DNA of 63,886 nucleotides, the filler included, from Octopus bimaculoides (lineage: Eukaryota): NCBI RefSeq assembly GCF_001194135.2. It is 6 parts of 4 records of this genome, joined end to end, with 100 filler letters (N's around TTAATTAATTAA, not from the genome) between each part and the next. Parts side by side here need not be neighbours in the genome. Positions count along the whole stretch, not along the records: positions 41,131 to 52,964 come from NC_068991.1; positions 53,065 to 62,484 come from NC_068985.1; 4 more parts are not named here. One strand, given 5' to 3'. The notes under the pieces are model-generated. The model was not told the origin of the DNA and did not search any database. It was given only the letters and a program-made list of their open reading frames with translations. Position numbers and translations under genes: made by a program. Of this stretch, positions 46,900 to 60,930 are shown in pieces. Position 1 is the stretch's first letter, and each line of letters starts with the position of its first letter.

Positions 46900-48106
46900 A
46901 TGTCTACGTACGTAAATGTCGAACGATGAAATTGAGTGCCCAATACCTACATATGAAAATACCTACATATATATATATATATATATANNNNNNNNNNNNN
47001 NNNNNNNNNNNNNNNNNNNNNNNNNNNNNNNNNNNNNNNNNNNNNNNNNNNNNNNNNNNNNNNNNNNNNNNNNNNNNNNNNNNNNNNNNNNNNNNNNNNN
47101 NNNNNNNNNNNNNNNNNNNNNNNNNNNNNNNNNNNNNNNNNNNNNNNNNNNNNNNNNNNNNNNNNNNNNNNNNNNNNNNNNNNNNNNNNNNNNNNNNNNN
47201 NNNNNNNNNNNNNNNNNNNNNNNNNNNNNNNNNNNNNNNNNNNNNNNNNNNTATATATAAATCCAAGAAAGTTAGGGGTTGTGAATCCAACCCACTAAGG
47301 AATAATATCTATCCAATATACTGCTGGAAGAAAACCCAATTATTATTACACTAGTGTTTTTTCTTCGTATTACCAAGTGCAATAAATGGGTGTGGGTAAA
47401 AGGATATTTTACCCTTAATTTATATAGTAATAAGAAAATGGAGGGGAATATGTGGTACTCATCAACTTGCAGACATTGTACTGTGTCAATTTATCTGTCT
47501 AGTTTTCAACTAAGAGGACAGGACAATAAAAACAATATACAAACACATATGGCATATTATGTCATATCAGTAATAAAAACTTAAAAAGGACATCTAGTGA
47601 CCGAAAATGGGACAATAACTTAAAGCTGTTTCAGTCTAAAGGTGACATGCCTCATTCTATCTATATAACTCCAGTAGGCTGAAGCAATTGATAGATGAAA
47701 TGGATGAAATAGAGGTACATGGATGATTCTCTAGGCCTCTTTAGAGATTTTATAAAGTTCATAAGGTTAATTTAAAATATAAAAATATAAAAATATAAAA
47801 AACAGTAAAAATTCACATATATATGCATACTTTAACATATATAGATATACATAAATACATTAATGTACATTTAAATGTGTTTACACACATGTCTATACAT
47901 GCATACCAGTGAGTCAATTATTATTGTTGTTATACATGAGGAAGACACATATATATACCTACCCACACATACATACATACATACACATATGTATACATAA
48001 ACATTCCCGTACAGACATGTTCCCTGGTACAAACGCATTAGTTGCATTTGGAAAGGAAGATCGGTGCATTGGTTCCTAAGGCTATATTTACAACAAAATG
48101 TCCAAA

Positions 48107-48155
48107 CCTATATATATATATATAAATGAGAATGTGTGTCTGTCTGTATGTCTGT

Positions 48156-48211
<56 letters not shown>

Positions 48212-49189
48212 NNNNNNNNNNNNNNNNNNNNNNNNNNNNNNNNNNNNNNNNNNNNNNNNNNNNNNNNNNNNNNNNNNNNNNNNNNNNNNNNNNNNNNNNN
48301 NNNNNNNNNNNNNNNNNNNNNNNNNNNNNNNNNNNNNNNNNNNNNNNNNNNNNNNNNNNNNNNNNNNNNNNNNNNNNNNNNNNNNNNNNNNNNNNNNNNN
48401 NNNNNNNNNNNNNNNNNNNNNNNNNNNNNNNNNNNNNNNNNNNNNNNNNNNNNNNNNNNNNNNNNNNNNNNNNNNNNNNNNNNNNNNNNNNNNNNNNNNN
48501 NNNNNNNNNNNNNNNNNNNNNNNNNNNNNNNNNNNNNNNNNNNNNNNNNNNNNNNNNNNNNNNNNNNNNNNNNNNNNNNNNNNNNNNNNNNNNNNNNNNN
48601 NNNNNNNNNNNNNNNNNNNNNNNNNNNNNNNNNNNNNNNNNNNNNNNNNNNNNNNNNNNNNNNNNNNNNNNNNNNNNNNNNNNNNNNNNNNNNNNNNNNN
48701 NNNNNNNNNNNNNNNNNNNNNNNNNNNNNNNNNNNNNNNNNNNNNNNNNNNNNNNNNNNNNNNNNNNNNNNNNNNNNNNNNNNNNNNNNNNNNNNNNNNN
48801 NNNNNNNNNNNNNNNNNNNNNNNNNNNNNNNNNNNNNNNNNNNNNNNNNNNNNNNNNNNNNNNNNNNNNNNNNNNNNNNNNNNNNNNNNNNNNNNNNNNN
48901 NNNNNNNNNNNNNNNNNNNNNNNNNNNNNNNNNNNNNNNNNNNNNNNNNNNNNNNNNNNNNNNNNNNNNNNNNNNNNNNNNNNNNNNNNNNNNNNNNNNN
49001 NNNNNNNNNNNNNNNNNNNNNNNNNNNNNNNNNNNNNNNNNNNNNNNNNNNNNNNNNNNNNNNNNNNNNNNNNNNNNNNNNNTATATATATATTTATATA
49101 TATATATATAGGGAGAGAGAGAGATGTATGGAGCAAAATCCTTTTTACAGGGTCCATAACACTGGAATTTTGCAATGTGCGCATAAATA
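48107..49189 (+). mobile_element. Partial upstream copy of the Helitron-type element (mostly gap)
   Basis: 5' motif TATATAAATGAGAATGTGTGTCT at ~48118; 49131-49188 matches 49709-49768. Confidence 0.55.
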
Positions 49190-49953
49190 TCAGATATATA
49201 AAGATGAGAATGTGTGTCTATGTGAATCCCTAAAACTCGAGAACTACTCAACCAATTTCATTCCAAATTAATACATGCCTTACTTAGGGTTCATGTAGTG
49301 TCTTAGACCAAAAAGATTTTTACTTTTTGCACAGTCCGAGCCCACAGTAATATCATATCGCCTCCACTATTTCAGTATTACGTGTTAAAAGTGAAACTAT
49401 AACATCACTCTACTGTAATGTCAGATACTTTCACTTTAACACTGAAACTATTCCACTATTTCAGTATTACGTGTCAAAAGTGAAACAATAACATGTCGCT
49501 ACTGTAATTTCAAATACTTTCACTTTAATACTTTCAATTTCATACTGAAACTGTTAAAGTGAAACTATCACATATATACAGGCATACTATAGGATCCAAG
49601 TTAAAAACATTCCCAACAATTCAACTTCTCTGGTTGACATTAACACCCCCACCCCCAATAGGGGCCTTCATTCCCACATTTTAGAGCTCCATGAGCTCCA
49701 TTTTTCAGGAGCAAAATCCTTTTTACAGGTTCCAGAAGACTGAAATTTTGGAATATGCGCATAAAGATCAATAGTATGGGATACATGCTTCATGATTATA
49801 ATTTTTTTAGGGTGTGTAAAGTGGGAAAGAACCTTATGTGCAATTTTGACGAAATTCGAATCATATGTATTCCAGTTCCTTACAGAAAATATAACAGAAA
49901 AGTCTCATTCTTCAATTGTATGTAACACGGGCAACGCCGGGTATCTCTGCTAG
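49190..49953 (+). mobile_element. Non-autonomous Helitron-type element (764 bp)
   Basis: A|TC 5' end, subterminal GC hairpin CGGGCAACGCCGG, CTAG|T 3' end; internal imperfect tandem repeats at 49360-49570. Confidence 0.75.
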
Positions 49954-50320
49954 TGTGTGTATATATATATATATATNNNNNNNNNNNNNNNNNNNNNNNN
50001 NNNNNNNNNNNNNNNNNNNNNNNNNNNNNNNNNNNNNNNNNNNNNNNNNNNNNNNNNNNNNNNNNNNNNNNNNNNNNNNNNNNNNNNNNNNNNNNNNNNN
50101 NNNNNNNNNNNNNNNNNNNNNNNNNNNNNNNNNNNNNNNNNNNNNNNNNNNNNNNNNNNNNNNNNNNNNNNNNNNNNCATAGCATCATAATTTCGAAATA
50201 TTTATAGAACCGTCAAAAGCTTGTTTATTTTTATGTTTTTTTATTTATTTATTAGTGTTGCTTCATGTTTTGTAGCAATTGCTGTTCCTTTGCAGATATC
50301 ATCAGAAAAAGGTAATTAAG

Positions 50321-51100
50321 ATGACAAATCTATTGGACTTTCAAAGAGATCAAGTTGTTGGTGCTTGTATGACAGGCGCTAGCATAACGAAAACACCCGA
50401 AATGTTTAGTGTATCAAGAAGTACTTTCTCGAGAGTAATGACAGCCTTTGAGAAAGAGGGAAAAACCTCCTCATTGAAACAAAACTCCGGAAGAAAACCA
50501 AAACTTTCAGATAGGGACCGACGAACTCTTATGCGAATTGTTAGAAAGGATCACAAAAGTGCAGCTCCCAAAATTACTGCAGAGTTTAATGACCACCTCG
50601 AGAACTCAGTTTCCACAAAATCTGTTCGCCGAGAGCTGCACAAACCCGGATTTCATGGGCAGGCTACAATAAGAAAACCACTGCTTTTAAAAACAAAGGT
50701 TGCAAAGCGTTTGGAGTGGAGTAAAAACCAACAGAATTGGTCCCTAGAGCAGTGAAAGAATGTTATTTTCTCGGAAGAGTCAAGCTTTACCTTATTTCCG
50801 ACCACAGGCCGAGTATGTGTATGGAGTCAGCCAAAAGAAGCATTTAACCCAGACTGACTTCTTCCAACTATTAAACATGGAGGATGATCTGTGATGATCT
50901 GCGGGGCTATATCTTGGAAATCCGTCGGCCCAATGGTTTCCCTTCATGGCAGAATTAATAGCCAAGACTATTTAAGCATTTATTCTCATCAAATTCATCC
51001 TATGTTTGCGGAATTTGAACATCTTATCTGGCCACCACAGTCCTCAGATCTCAATATTATTGAACACTTATTGTGCATTTTAGAATAACAAGTAAGGAGT
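50321..51100 (+). pseudogene. Tc1-type (DD34E) transposase relic with an internal deletion
   Basis: FSVSRST, SGRKPKLSDRDRR, SVRRELH, VIFSEES, KHGG*SVMICG and WPPQSSDLNIIE; the segment with the second Asp is missing. Confidence 0.9.
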
Positions 51101-51253
51101 CTACCCGATTTCTTGTGCTTATGAAGTATTGAGGTGTTCGTGTGGTCAATCTACGCCCTTTAATATAATTATCTATGTATTTATAAATTTAGTATAGAAT
51201 TTTACCTACAAGAGTTTTATTTCACGCTGGCCACTTGATAAAATCATTAAAGT

Positions 51254-51404
<151 letters not shown>

Positions 51405-51419
51405 CATATATGGGTACAG

Positions 51420-51870
51420 GACGTCACAAAACTTACACAACACGAAATACAAAAGACAACATGAAATAAGAAGACAAACTTTTGCGAACAACGAGGGAAA
51501 CAAATGGAATTCAAGACAAGTAACATAAAGAACGACCCTTCATCAGTTGTCGGCTGTTTTATCTCCTCCACACTTCGAGCAATTCACAACAATATGTGCC
51601 TTCGAGGAAACAATTGCTCCCGCAAACCGAATTTGGGATTTTGCGGAAAATGAAAGTTGGTAACAAAATCAGGACAGTGAAATAAGCAGTGAGGGCTTCT
51701 AAGCCAGACGGAGTAAGGTGGCGAAAGCTGAAGAACATTCTTTGACAGCAGAAAAGGTGTGAAAGGTGACAGACAAGAATACGTCTGGTCTGTGCAACAG
51801 ACCAGAAAAAAACAATGATGAACACGTGTGGAAAATAACGATGGGCGATGGTCACGTATAAACAACAAGA
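51420..51870 (-). repeat. Second copy of repeat Y
   Basis: Reverse complement resembles 8765-9185. Confidence 0.65.
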
Positions 51871-51883
51871 GAGTAAAGGAGGA

Positions 51884-51926
<43 letters not shown>

Positions 51927-52185
51927 AAATGGTGAAGGAGAGGAAAAAAAGAATTAGAGAAAGGATGAGAGGGGAAACAAAAAGGAGAGAAGAAAGAGAA
52001 AAAAAGAATTAGAGAAAGGAAGAGAGAGAAAAATGAAAGGGGAAAGAGGGAGAGTGAGAAAACAGTACAGAGTCGCATCAAAATTATTAAGATAAACTTA
52101 CTTGGAAATAGATACGTGGCGTTCAATCATATAATATAACTAAATATATATATAGACTTATACACATACGTATATGCACATAGTG

Positions 52186-52262
<77 letters not shown>

Positions 52263-52964
52263 AAAGGCAGGATGTGTGTGTGTGTATATATAAAAGGCAG
52301 GATGTGTGTGTGTACGTAAATGTAATTTATGCACGTCCACAAATTAGCACGCATGTCGCTCCAATTTTAGGAGGACATTCGTCATGACCCTATCTGCATT
52401 TTCGTCAAGTTTTTCTCTCAAAGGCACCCGCGTATAGCTGTAAAAATTGATTTTCAACCATAACTTTTACCAATTTTGAAGTTTGCTAACATGGCGAAGT
52501 GAAAGTGTGCGTTTGCGCGTGAAGGAGAGAGAGAAATTGTGTGTTGATGTATGTGTGTGTGAGAGAGAGAGGGGGAGTGAGAGAGAGAGGGGGAGTGAGA
52601 GAGAGAGAGAGAGGGGGAGTGAGAGAGAGAGAGGGGGAGTGAGAGAGAGAGATAGAGATTGTTTGCTAGCGTCTAACAAAAAAAAGTAAAGAAAAATTGG
52701 GAGAGGGAGACAAAAAGCGTCTAATGAAAGAAAAGCTAGGTGTGAGTAAGGAAGACAGAGTAAGTGTAAAATGTAAAATGCTTTTTTTTTTCTTAAAGAT
52801 AAGATATAGTGTCAATTATAAGATGTTTTTGAAAGACACTACATTTTATAATGATATTATTTATACTTTCTCACACAACAATTAAAATATATTTATTTTA
52901 AATCATTTGTTTATTTTAGATCGTTCATCTTTCTCCCCCGCCTTTCACTCTCTCTCTCTCTCTC

Positions 52965-53064
52965 NNNNNNNNNNNNNNNNNNNNNNNNNNNNNNNNNNNN
53001 NNNNNNNNTTAATTAATTAANNNNNNNNNNNNNNNNNNNNNNNNNNNNNNNNNNNNNNNNNNNN
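52965..53064. other. Artificial scaffold linker (TTAATTAATTAA at 53009-53020)
   Basis: Same design as the other linkers. Confidence 0.9.
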
Positions 53065-53173
53065 GAGGATGATGATGATAATGATACTACTACTACTAAT
53101 AATAATAATAATAATAATAGTAGTAGTAGTAATAATAAACATAATAATAATAACAACAACAACAACAACAACG

Positions 53174-53234
<61 letters not shown>

Positions 53235-53331
53235 CAACAGCAACAACAGCAACCACAACAACAACAATACTACTACTACTAACGACAACGAAGACGACGA
53301 CAACAACAACAACAACAACAACAATAATAAT
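53065..53331. repeat. Compound trinucleotide microsatellite (AAT/AAC/ACT/GAT)n
   Basis: Directly visible. Confidence 0.95.
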
Positions 53332-54290
53332 GTAAACAGACAGTATGCGGACTTACAAGAGAGAGAGCTTGATATCAGATTCAGTTTAGAAGAATGCTGC
53401 AAGGCAACCTTGAAGAGAGGAAACTTAATTAAGAACACTAATGTCATATTAGATAAAGAAACAGAGATTAGAGAATTAGACCAAACACAGACATACAAAT
53501 ACTTAGAAATTAATGAACTAGACATAATACAACACACACAAATGACAGAAAAGTTTAGGAAAGAATAGGAATATCATAGATACATTAGATTAATATTTAA
53601 AACAGAGCTAAATGCAAAAGTAAGCTAATAGGCGACAATACTCCAGCTGTCCCAGTAATAAGCTACAGTTACTATATTCTGAACAACTAGACAGAAAAAA
53701 AACAAAATACAAATAGAATATCACCCAAAATGCTACACACAAAGGATAAATTTACTATGAATACAGGGAGGAAGCAGCCTTATGTAACTTGAAAACTACT
53801 GTAGAATATCCAGTGCAAGACTACTGAAATACCTGTGGAAGGACAATGAAAGACCAATAGTAAGAGGCAGTGAACGGAAAGAAAACAAGAAATAACAACT
53901 GATTTTTGCTATTGAAGGAAACCAACATGTGATATAAAGAGTTGAAGTAACGAAAATGCAGGGACAGATGGGGCTGATGAGAAATCTGAAAAAATAACAG
54001 AAATTATGTAAAACCTAAAAACTACGGTAAAAATAGGGTTATAAATTGTAATCTTAAGACCATAGAATGGAATGTCCTTTCTGGTCGATACGTGAAAAAA
54101 AAATAATAAAAATAAACAGGGATGAAATAGATAACGAAAAATCGAAAAATCGAAAAACTGATTGAGAAGCAATGAACACAAAACTCTGACTGAAGGATGT
54201 TTATTACTGCATAAGATTAAAACTGTCCTATCACAAACCTCGAATGACTTTACGAAACAGAATGCATTAAGTAATTGCACAATATGAAAC
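53332..54290 (+). mobile_element. R4/Dong-type retrotransposon relic 1 (RT C-terminus to Zn-knuckle region), old
   Basis: DIRFSLEECCKATLKRG..TYKYLEINE..KTELNAK, later EIDNEKS and TEG..-like fragments; begins directly after (AAT)n. Confidence 0.7.
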
Positions 54291-54319
54291 CGTAAGAAAC
54301 AAACACATTGTTTCTTGAC

Positions 54320-55460
54320 GCTCAATCATATCCAAAAGTACATCGATGGAAATGACACACTTGCAAAAAGATGCACCACCCAAAGCCTGACGCAGATAGT
54401 CTTTACCTCCCCAGAGCTCAAGGAGGTCGAGGTTTGATCAAGTTTGAAATCTCCTACATAAACACCACAACTGGACTGGCAAAATATCTTGAAACATCTA
54501 ACGACTGGATGTTAAAGCTCATTGAAAACCATGAAAAACGTAAGAAGCCTCATTCTCTTATGAAGGAAAGCAAAACTTTACAAGTGAATTTATGTAAAAT
54601 ACCCAGGTTGAACAGCACGAGGGAAATGAAACAACTGTAGTTGTAAAGAATGTGAAATCAAATGCAAAGCAAAATGCGTTTGAACAATTGGCTAATAGGT
54701 GGAAACAAAGACCTCTGCATGCCAAATATGTGGCCCGTAGCAAACAAGCTGATGTAGACCAGAAGCACACCCATCATTGGCTACGGAGCTCAGGGCTAAA
54801 GGCAGAGAGTGAAGGCTTTATTTTGGCTGCCCAAGATCAGAGCTTATTGATCTGGAACGATCAAGCCAATGTGATGAAAAATGGTGTGGACCCAAAGTGC
54901 CAATACTTCAACGATGGTATAGAAACAGTGGACCACCTAATCTCTGGATGTAAGATTTTAGCACTGTAGAGTACAAATCAAAACATGACAAAGTTGGCCA
55001 ATATCTACAATGGATAATGTATCGGCATTATAAAATCAAAACTACTGACAAATGGTACAAGCACCACCCTGAGGTAACTGAGGGAGAAAATGTAACGATT
55101 CTTTGGAACTTCCCAGTATGTATAGATCGAACCATCAAAACTAATAAACCAGATATTGTTGTGAAAGATAATATCAATAAAGCTTGTTTACTGATTGACA
55201 TGAGCATACCCTGTGACCATAATATCTCAGCAAAAGAATCTGATAAGTTCAGAAAATATAAAGATCTCCTAATCGAAATCGAAAAGATGTGGTATCTCAA
55301 GACGGTTAAAATACCAATGATTAAAGGAGCACTTGTAATGATCAAAAAAGGAATTGAAAATTATTTAAGAATGATCCCTGGCTTACAATCCATGCAGGAA
55401 GTGCAAAAGATTGTCTTAACTGGTACGTCACACGCATTGAGAAGAGTATTGTCGCTGTAA
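54320..55460 (+). mobile_element. R4/Dong-type retrotransposon relic 2 (CCHC + restriction-like endonuclease)
   Basis: MHHPKPD..LYLPR..GGRGL, WLRSSGLKAESEGFILAAQDQ, KC..ETVDHLISGC and NKPDIVV..LIDMSIP..KYKDL (PD-(D/E)xK). Confidence 0.9.
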
Positions 55461-55504
55461 ATTTTTCGATGAAAATAAGTCTACTGAATAATAATAATAA
55501 TAAT

Positions 55505-55555
<51 letters not shown>

Positions 55556-55556
<1 letters not shown>

Positions 55557-55970
55557 TCAGTGTTCCCACTGATAAAAATATACCTGTCAAGGAATTTGAC
55601 AAACTAAATAAATATAAGGACGTAGAAATTGAAATACAAAAGATGAGGCATCTTAAATCGAGAACTGTTCCTGTTATTGTAGGAGCTCTAGGTATGTTAA
55701 AGAAAGGGATGTCAGAAACATCTAGATAAGATCTCAAGAGAGCCATGTCTCAGAGAAATCCAAAAGATTGAGCTGACAAGTACTGCCCACATCCTTAGAA
55801 AAACCCTATCCATTTAAATGTCGTTGTTGCATTACATGAAAATATTTCACTATCTCTCCTCCCCAAGCTCTCAGTTATATTGTAACATCATTTATCTTTC
55901 ATTCGCCCCAGGACGCTCGGAGTGTCTCAGCAAGTGACTATGACAAAGATGCGGATTAAAAGTAAATAAC
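55556..55970 (+). mobile_element. R4/Dong-type relic 3, severely 5'-truncated, with 3' UTR, flanked by (AAT)n on both sides
   Basis: SVPTDKNIPVKEFDKLNKYKD..VPVIVGALG..TAHILRKTLSI*; (AAT)n at 55487-55555 and 55965-56018. Confidence 0.85.
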
Positions 55971-56016
<46 letters not shown>

Positions 56017-56019
<3 letters not shown>

Positions 56020-56148
56020 GTTTCAAATTTCGCCACAAGATCAGCAATTTTGGGGGAGGGGTTGAGTTGATTACATCGACCCCAGTGTTCCCTTGGTACT
56101 TATTTTATCGACCCCAAAAGGATGAAAGTCAAAATCGACGTCGGCGGA
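56017..56148 (-). mobile_element. SINE-2 3' half, tail-to-tail with Dong relic 3
   Basis: GATTACATCGACCCCAGTG..GGTACTTATTTTATCGACCCC..GGCGGA, reverse complement of the family body. Confidence 0.85.
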
Positions 56149-57869
56149 CTAATAATAAGAATATGTGCATATCCATTGACATTCAGACATTCAACATTGA
56201 CATTGAAAATTTTAAGACTGTGTACAACCTCTTGTTACAAAAGGCCCCAGGTTTTTTAAAGTCTTCCTCGAGCTACAAGTCGTTTAGTGCGCAATTCATC
56301 TCCGTCACGAGGGCGCATATATGACAAGAGTAGAAGACTACCACCTGGATAGGACAACATCCCTTCATAAGTTTGTCTCTCTGGTATTACTTGTACAAAT
56401 TTCATTTGTGTAGACTGTCGCAAATTGAAATATATAGATTTGTGCCAGCTCATGGGAAAAACTGAACTCGCAAACTAAGGATCAGAAGTCAAACACCACC
56501 TCAATCACACGCATTCACATCGTAGGATATATTTGGTATGTTTATTAAACCTATTCTTGTGCTGCATTTATGAAAGCTAATTCGTAGTATAGTCAAGATG
56601 TTTCTAAATTATACGTGGTCTTAGTATTTGCTTACTTATAGTTACAAAAATGTATTTTAGTTTTTAAATTTTCTAATCTACGCCGAAGTCTAACATATGA
56701 TTAGTTTTATTGCAATTTTCATTGTTGCAGCATTTCCCACTAAATAATTTCATGAATTTTACGCTGATTATTCGTTTGGTTTTTGCGGTAAACTATGTCT
56801 TTTGCTTGTTTCATTTGTGTTGATGTTTTTGGTCTTCACTTTTTTTTTTCAAGAAGATATTAAATATCTTTTATCTTATATCTACCAATAGTTTGTTGCC
56901 ATAGTACTACAAATAGACGCAAAAGCTGATGTACATTCGAATAAAGGAGACAAAGACCAACATACGAAGGTAATATAATTCTTGAGAATGGGCGTCGGAC
57001 ACTCAAAATGTAGACTTTTCGTAAAACTCTTGCACAGTTTTAGTGGTATAACAACAAACAAGACGTGCTAAATTAAATAGTATATCTAAAAAAGCATTTA
57101 GCTAGTCATATTCTTGCAGTTGTACATATATATATGGCAAATTAATTACTAATTATACAATTAATTTTTGATTAGTAGCCAGTCATTTGTCTTATAAAAT
57201 ACCTCTGTCAAAGCTCGATAAGAAAATTAATCATAAGCTACATTTTTGTGTTAGAAAAAAAAAATTTACAAACTAAAATACATTCTTATAACTACAAGTA
57301 TATGAATACTAGGAAACGAAGCATATTTGAGAAACAACTCAACAAATCTACGAATTAGCTTACATATATGCAGTAATAGAATGAGTGTAACGATCCCCAC
57401 AGCTTATACTCATTGAAGTGAAGGCATGTGGTTGAAGTGTTTGATTTATGATCATTAAGTTTGTGAGTTCAAATCTCTGACGGGATGGCATGTCGTGTTC
57501 TTGGAGAAAGCAATTTACTTGATTTCCCCCAGTTTTGCACAAATAAAATTTCAATATATATGTGTGTTTGTATTTATTTTCAATTTTTGAAACAAGGCCA
57601 GCAATTCCAGGGCGAGAAATAATTCGATTACATCGACCCCAGTGTTCGATTAGTACTTATATTATCGACCTCGAAATGGCTAAAAGCAAAGTAATGTAGA
57701 GCTTAGTAAGGTTGCCCCAATAAGATTTATAACGCCATTGTTTATACAATGTCAGGTTGCACAATCCTGGAGTTACATCGTGAGCTTTTTGTCATTATAC
57801 GAATTCTAGTCCAGATCATATTCCTGTCGACGCTTTGCAAAAATGCTCTTCTAAACTTTTTTTTATATT

Positions 57870-59560
57870 GCATCTAAGCCCCTTAATAAAAGTTTATCTG
57901 TTTATCTGCATCTTTCATTCCAGGCTGTTGAAAAGCGACTTTTGTTATTTCTCTATTGAAAACTTTAGTCAAAATCCTGATTCTCGTAGTTATGGCACAG
58001 TCAATCTTCTGCCCATAGCTAACAAGGTCTCTGAGACTTTGGCCAATCAGGGACTTGCACCTTGAAACATTCAGTTTGTTTCCGTATTTAGTGCAACACC
58101 CTTGATTTTATCATTGATCATGCTTTAGATAATTTTGGTGATTCAAGTATTTTTATGCTTAGAATGCCAAAAGCTTTTCACGGGGCTTGGCATTCTGCTG
58201 TCTTTCATAAGCTTCATTCAAATGAAATTTCTGGGAAAATCGTCAAAATAATAATAAAAAATATTTATGTTGTTTTAAATGACCATCATTCATTTAATGG
58301 TTCTATCGAATATGACAGAATCGTCAGAGTTTTATTGTAGTTCTTTTATTCTTGTTTCAATGATTTGACTGCGGCCATGCCGTAGCACCGCTTGGAAGGG
58401 TTTTAGTCGACCAAATGGACCCCAGGACTTAGATTTTAAACACTAGTACTTACTCTACTGGTTTCTTTTGACGAACTGCTAGGTTGCGGGGACGTAAACA
58501 CACCAACATCAGTTGTCAAGCGGTGATGGGGAGGAGGGCAAATACAGACACAAAGACACACATACATAAATACACACACATACACACACATACACACACG
58601 CACGCACACATATATACAGCGGATTTCTTTCAGTTTCTTTTGTCGGCCTGAGGTTATAATAGAAGATATCGGTCCAAGGTGCCACACAACGGAACTGAAC
58701 CCGGAACTATGTGGTTAGAAAACAAGCTTCTTACCACACAGCTACGCCTGCGCCTAGTTCATGGATTCTATTGCTGATATTTTGGCTAAAATCATGTCTA
58801 ACCTTACCATCTTTGGTGATGACACACCTTTTAATTTTGCTTGAATGAGAATTGTTTTGCCTGATTGGAGGAAAATTGTTTGTTCTCTTGAGTTTGACTT
58901 GCATTCAGTCATTGACTTGGTAGCTCATTAGTTGATTAGTTTAAACTCTAGAAACTACCGCCCATTGTTTGTTAGAATAACTATGATTATATATATCCTT
59001 GTTTCTATATGTAATGCTAATACTCCTGAATCTTTCGGTATTTGACTTTTGACTTTTGCTAAAAATCTTAGTTGGAACGATTATATTAGATCTATTTTTT
59101 AATCAACCAATATGAAAATTGACCTCGTTATCATATTTCCGCCTACGAATGCATTTTCCATCTTCATGAATCTCTAGTACATTCACATATTGAATTTTGT
59201 CACATTTGGTATTCTTTCTCATCTTGGATGAATTCAAAAGCAAGTTTCAAATATTGTTGGTCCTATGTTGGCACCTAAACTGCAAGCCCCTGTCTATTGT
59301 AACATTGCTTTTAATCTGTTCTATAAATACTTCGACGGTCGTTGTTCTGCCTTATTTTCTTTTCTTGAACGTCCTCATAAAACTAGTAATTGAATGACAT
59401 GCCTTTCTGCTGATTCTCATCCTTTCGACATTGTTGTCCTCTTCCGTAAGAACTCATTTTACTCTTGTAGTTTATTTCATCTACTATCCTATGGAGCGTT
59501 CACTTCGATCCCCAAATAAATATAGTCTTGATTCTTTTAAATCTGAAATTGATCGTTTTA
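57870..59560 (+). mobile_element. Very old CR1-clade LINE RT relic interrupted by SINE-1
   Basis: SYGTVNLLPIANKVSE, MPKAFHGAWHSAVFHKL, TIFGDDT, LSWNDYI and HIEFCHIW fragments. Confidence 0.7.
58341..58755 (-). mobile_element. SINE-1, full length
   Basis: Tail to head ..CCACACAGCTACGCCTGCGCCTA. Confidence 0.9.
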
Positions 59561-60220
59561 CAAGGGCAGTCTCTCATTATATTTTCTTCATGAGGATAGT
59601 CTCTCATTACATAGTTTCTTTGTTAATCTCGGCGTATGCAAGGTTTATTACATTACTGGTTACTTGCCAGCTTGTAGGGGAACAACTTCCAATAAAACGT
59701 CTCCCTTTCTGCTACTCTCTCTATTTATACGTATATTATATATGTCCATCCATATATAATATACGAATAAATGATTTAGTATACATTGATATAAACACAA
59801 TCGTTATTCATATTTCATCGAGTTTAGACTGAGACATGTTTGTTTTACACTTAAGAAAAACATTTAGTTTTACTTGTGGAAGCGTTAGTCTTTTTCATTT
59901 TGAAATAATAAACATCATAGGAAATTATTATTGAGTACATTGAAATTGTTTATATAAATACAATATACTTATTCCATTATATTAAATTTGAAGATTTCAT
60001 TCAATGAAGAGCTCCAAGAGAAAAAAGATTGTCTTGGTTCAGTATATAATAAATGTGTAGCGAAATAGTAACCTGTTTGGAAAATAGTTTCCAGCGCCAT
60101 AGCGTAATCTGATTAGTCAAATCATTACTTTGCATCATTTCATTTACCCATGGGCAAGATTTTCCTCTTCATCGAACAAGAAGGGCCTACGTTTTCACGA
60201 TACAGCGAGTTGCTTTCTTT

Positions 60221-60442
60221 TATTCTTTTTATTCTTTTATTTGTTTCAGTCATTTGACTGCGGCCATGCTGGAGCACCGCCTTGAAGGATTTTAGTCGAA
60301 CAAATCGACTCCAGGACTTATTTCTTCATTTAAGAGCCTAGTGCTTATTCTAGTCTCTTGGGCCGAACTGCCAAATTATGGGGACGCACACACACACCAA
60401 TATCGGTTGTCACATACGCACACACACATGCGCGCGCATACA

Positions 60443-60474
<32 letters not shown>

Positions 60475-60930
60475 NNNNNNNNNNNNNNNNNNNNNNNNNN
60501 NNNNNNNNNNNNNNNNNNNNNNNNNNNNNNNNNNNNNNNNNNNNNNNNNNNNNNNNNNNNNNNNNNNNNNNNNNNNNNNNNNNNNNNNNNNNNNNNNNNN
60601 NNNNNNNNNNNNNNNNNNNNNNNNNNNNNNNNNNNNNNNNNNNNNNNNNNNNNNNNNNNNNNNNNNNNNNNNNNNNNNNNNNNNNNNNNNNNNNNNNNNN
60701 NNNNNNNNNNNNNNNNNNNNNNNNNNNNNNNNNNNNNNNNNNNNNNNNNNNNNNNNNNNNNNNNNNNNNNNNNNNNNNNNNNNNNNNNNNNNNNNNNNNN
60801 NNNNNNNNNNNNNNNNNTATATATACGACGGGTCTCTTTCAGTTTTTGTCTACCAAATCCACTAACAAGGCTTTGGTACCCGGAACCATGTGGTTGTGAA
60901 GCAAGCGTCTTACCATACAGCCATACCTGC
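60221..60930 (-). mobile_element. SINE-1 with a gap in its central microsatellite
   Basis: Tail TTTCAGTCATTTGACTGCGGCCATGCTGGAGCACCGCC; head remnants after the gap. Confidence 0.88.

Noticed and set aside
51530-51560. CTGATGAAGGG in repeat Y as a type II hammerhead
   Set aside because: Upstream GAAA not conserved between copies (GAAG) and no convincing helices
59820-60050. GAGACATGTTTG and TGAAGAGCTCCAAGAG as hammerhead remnants
   Set aside because: Core incomplete on both strands
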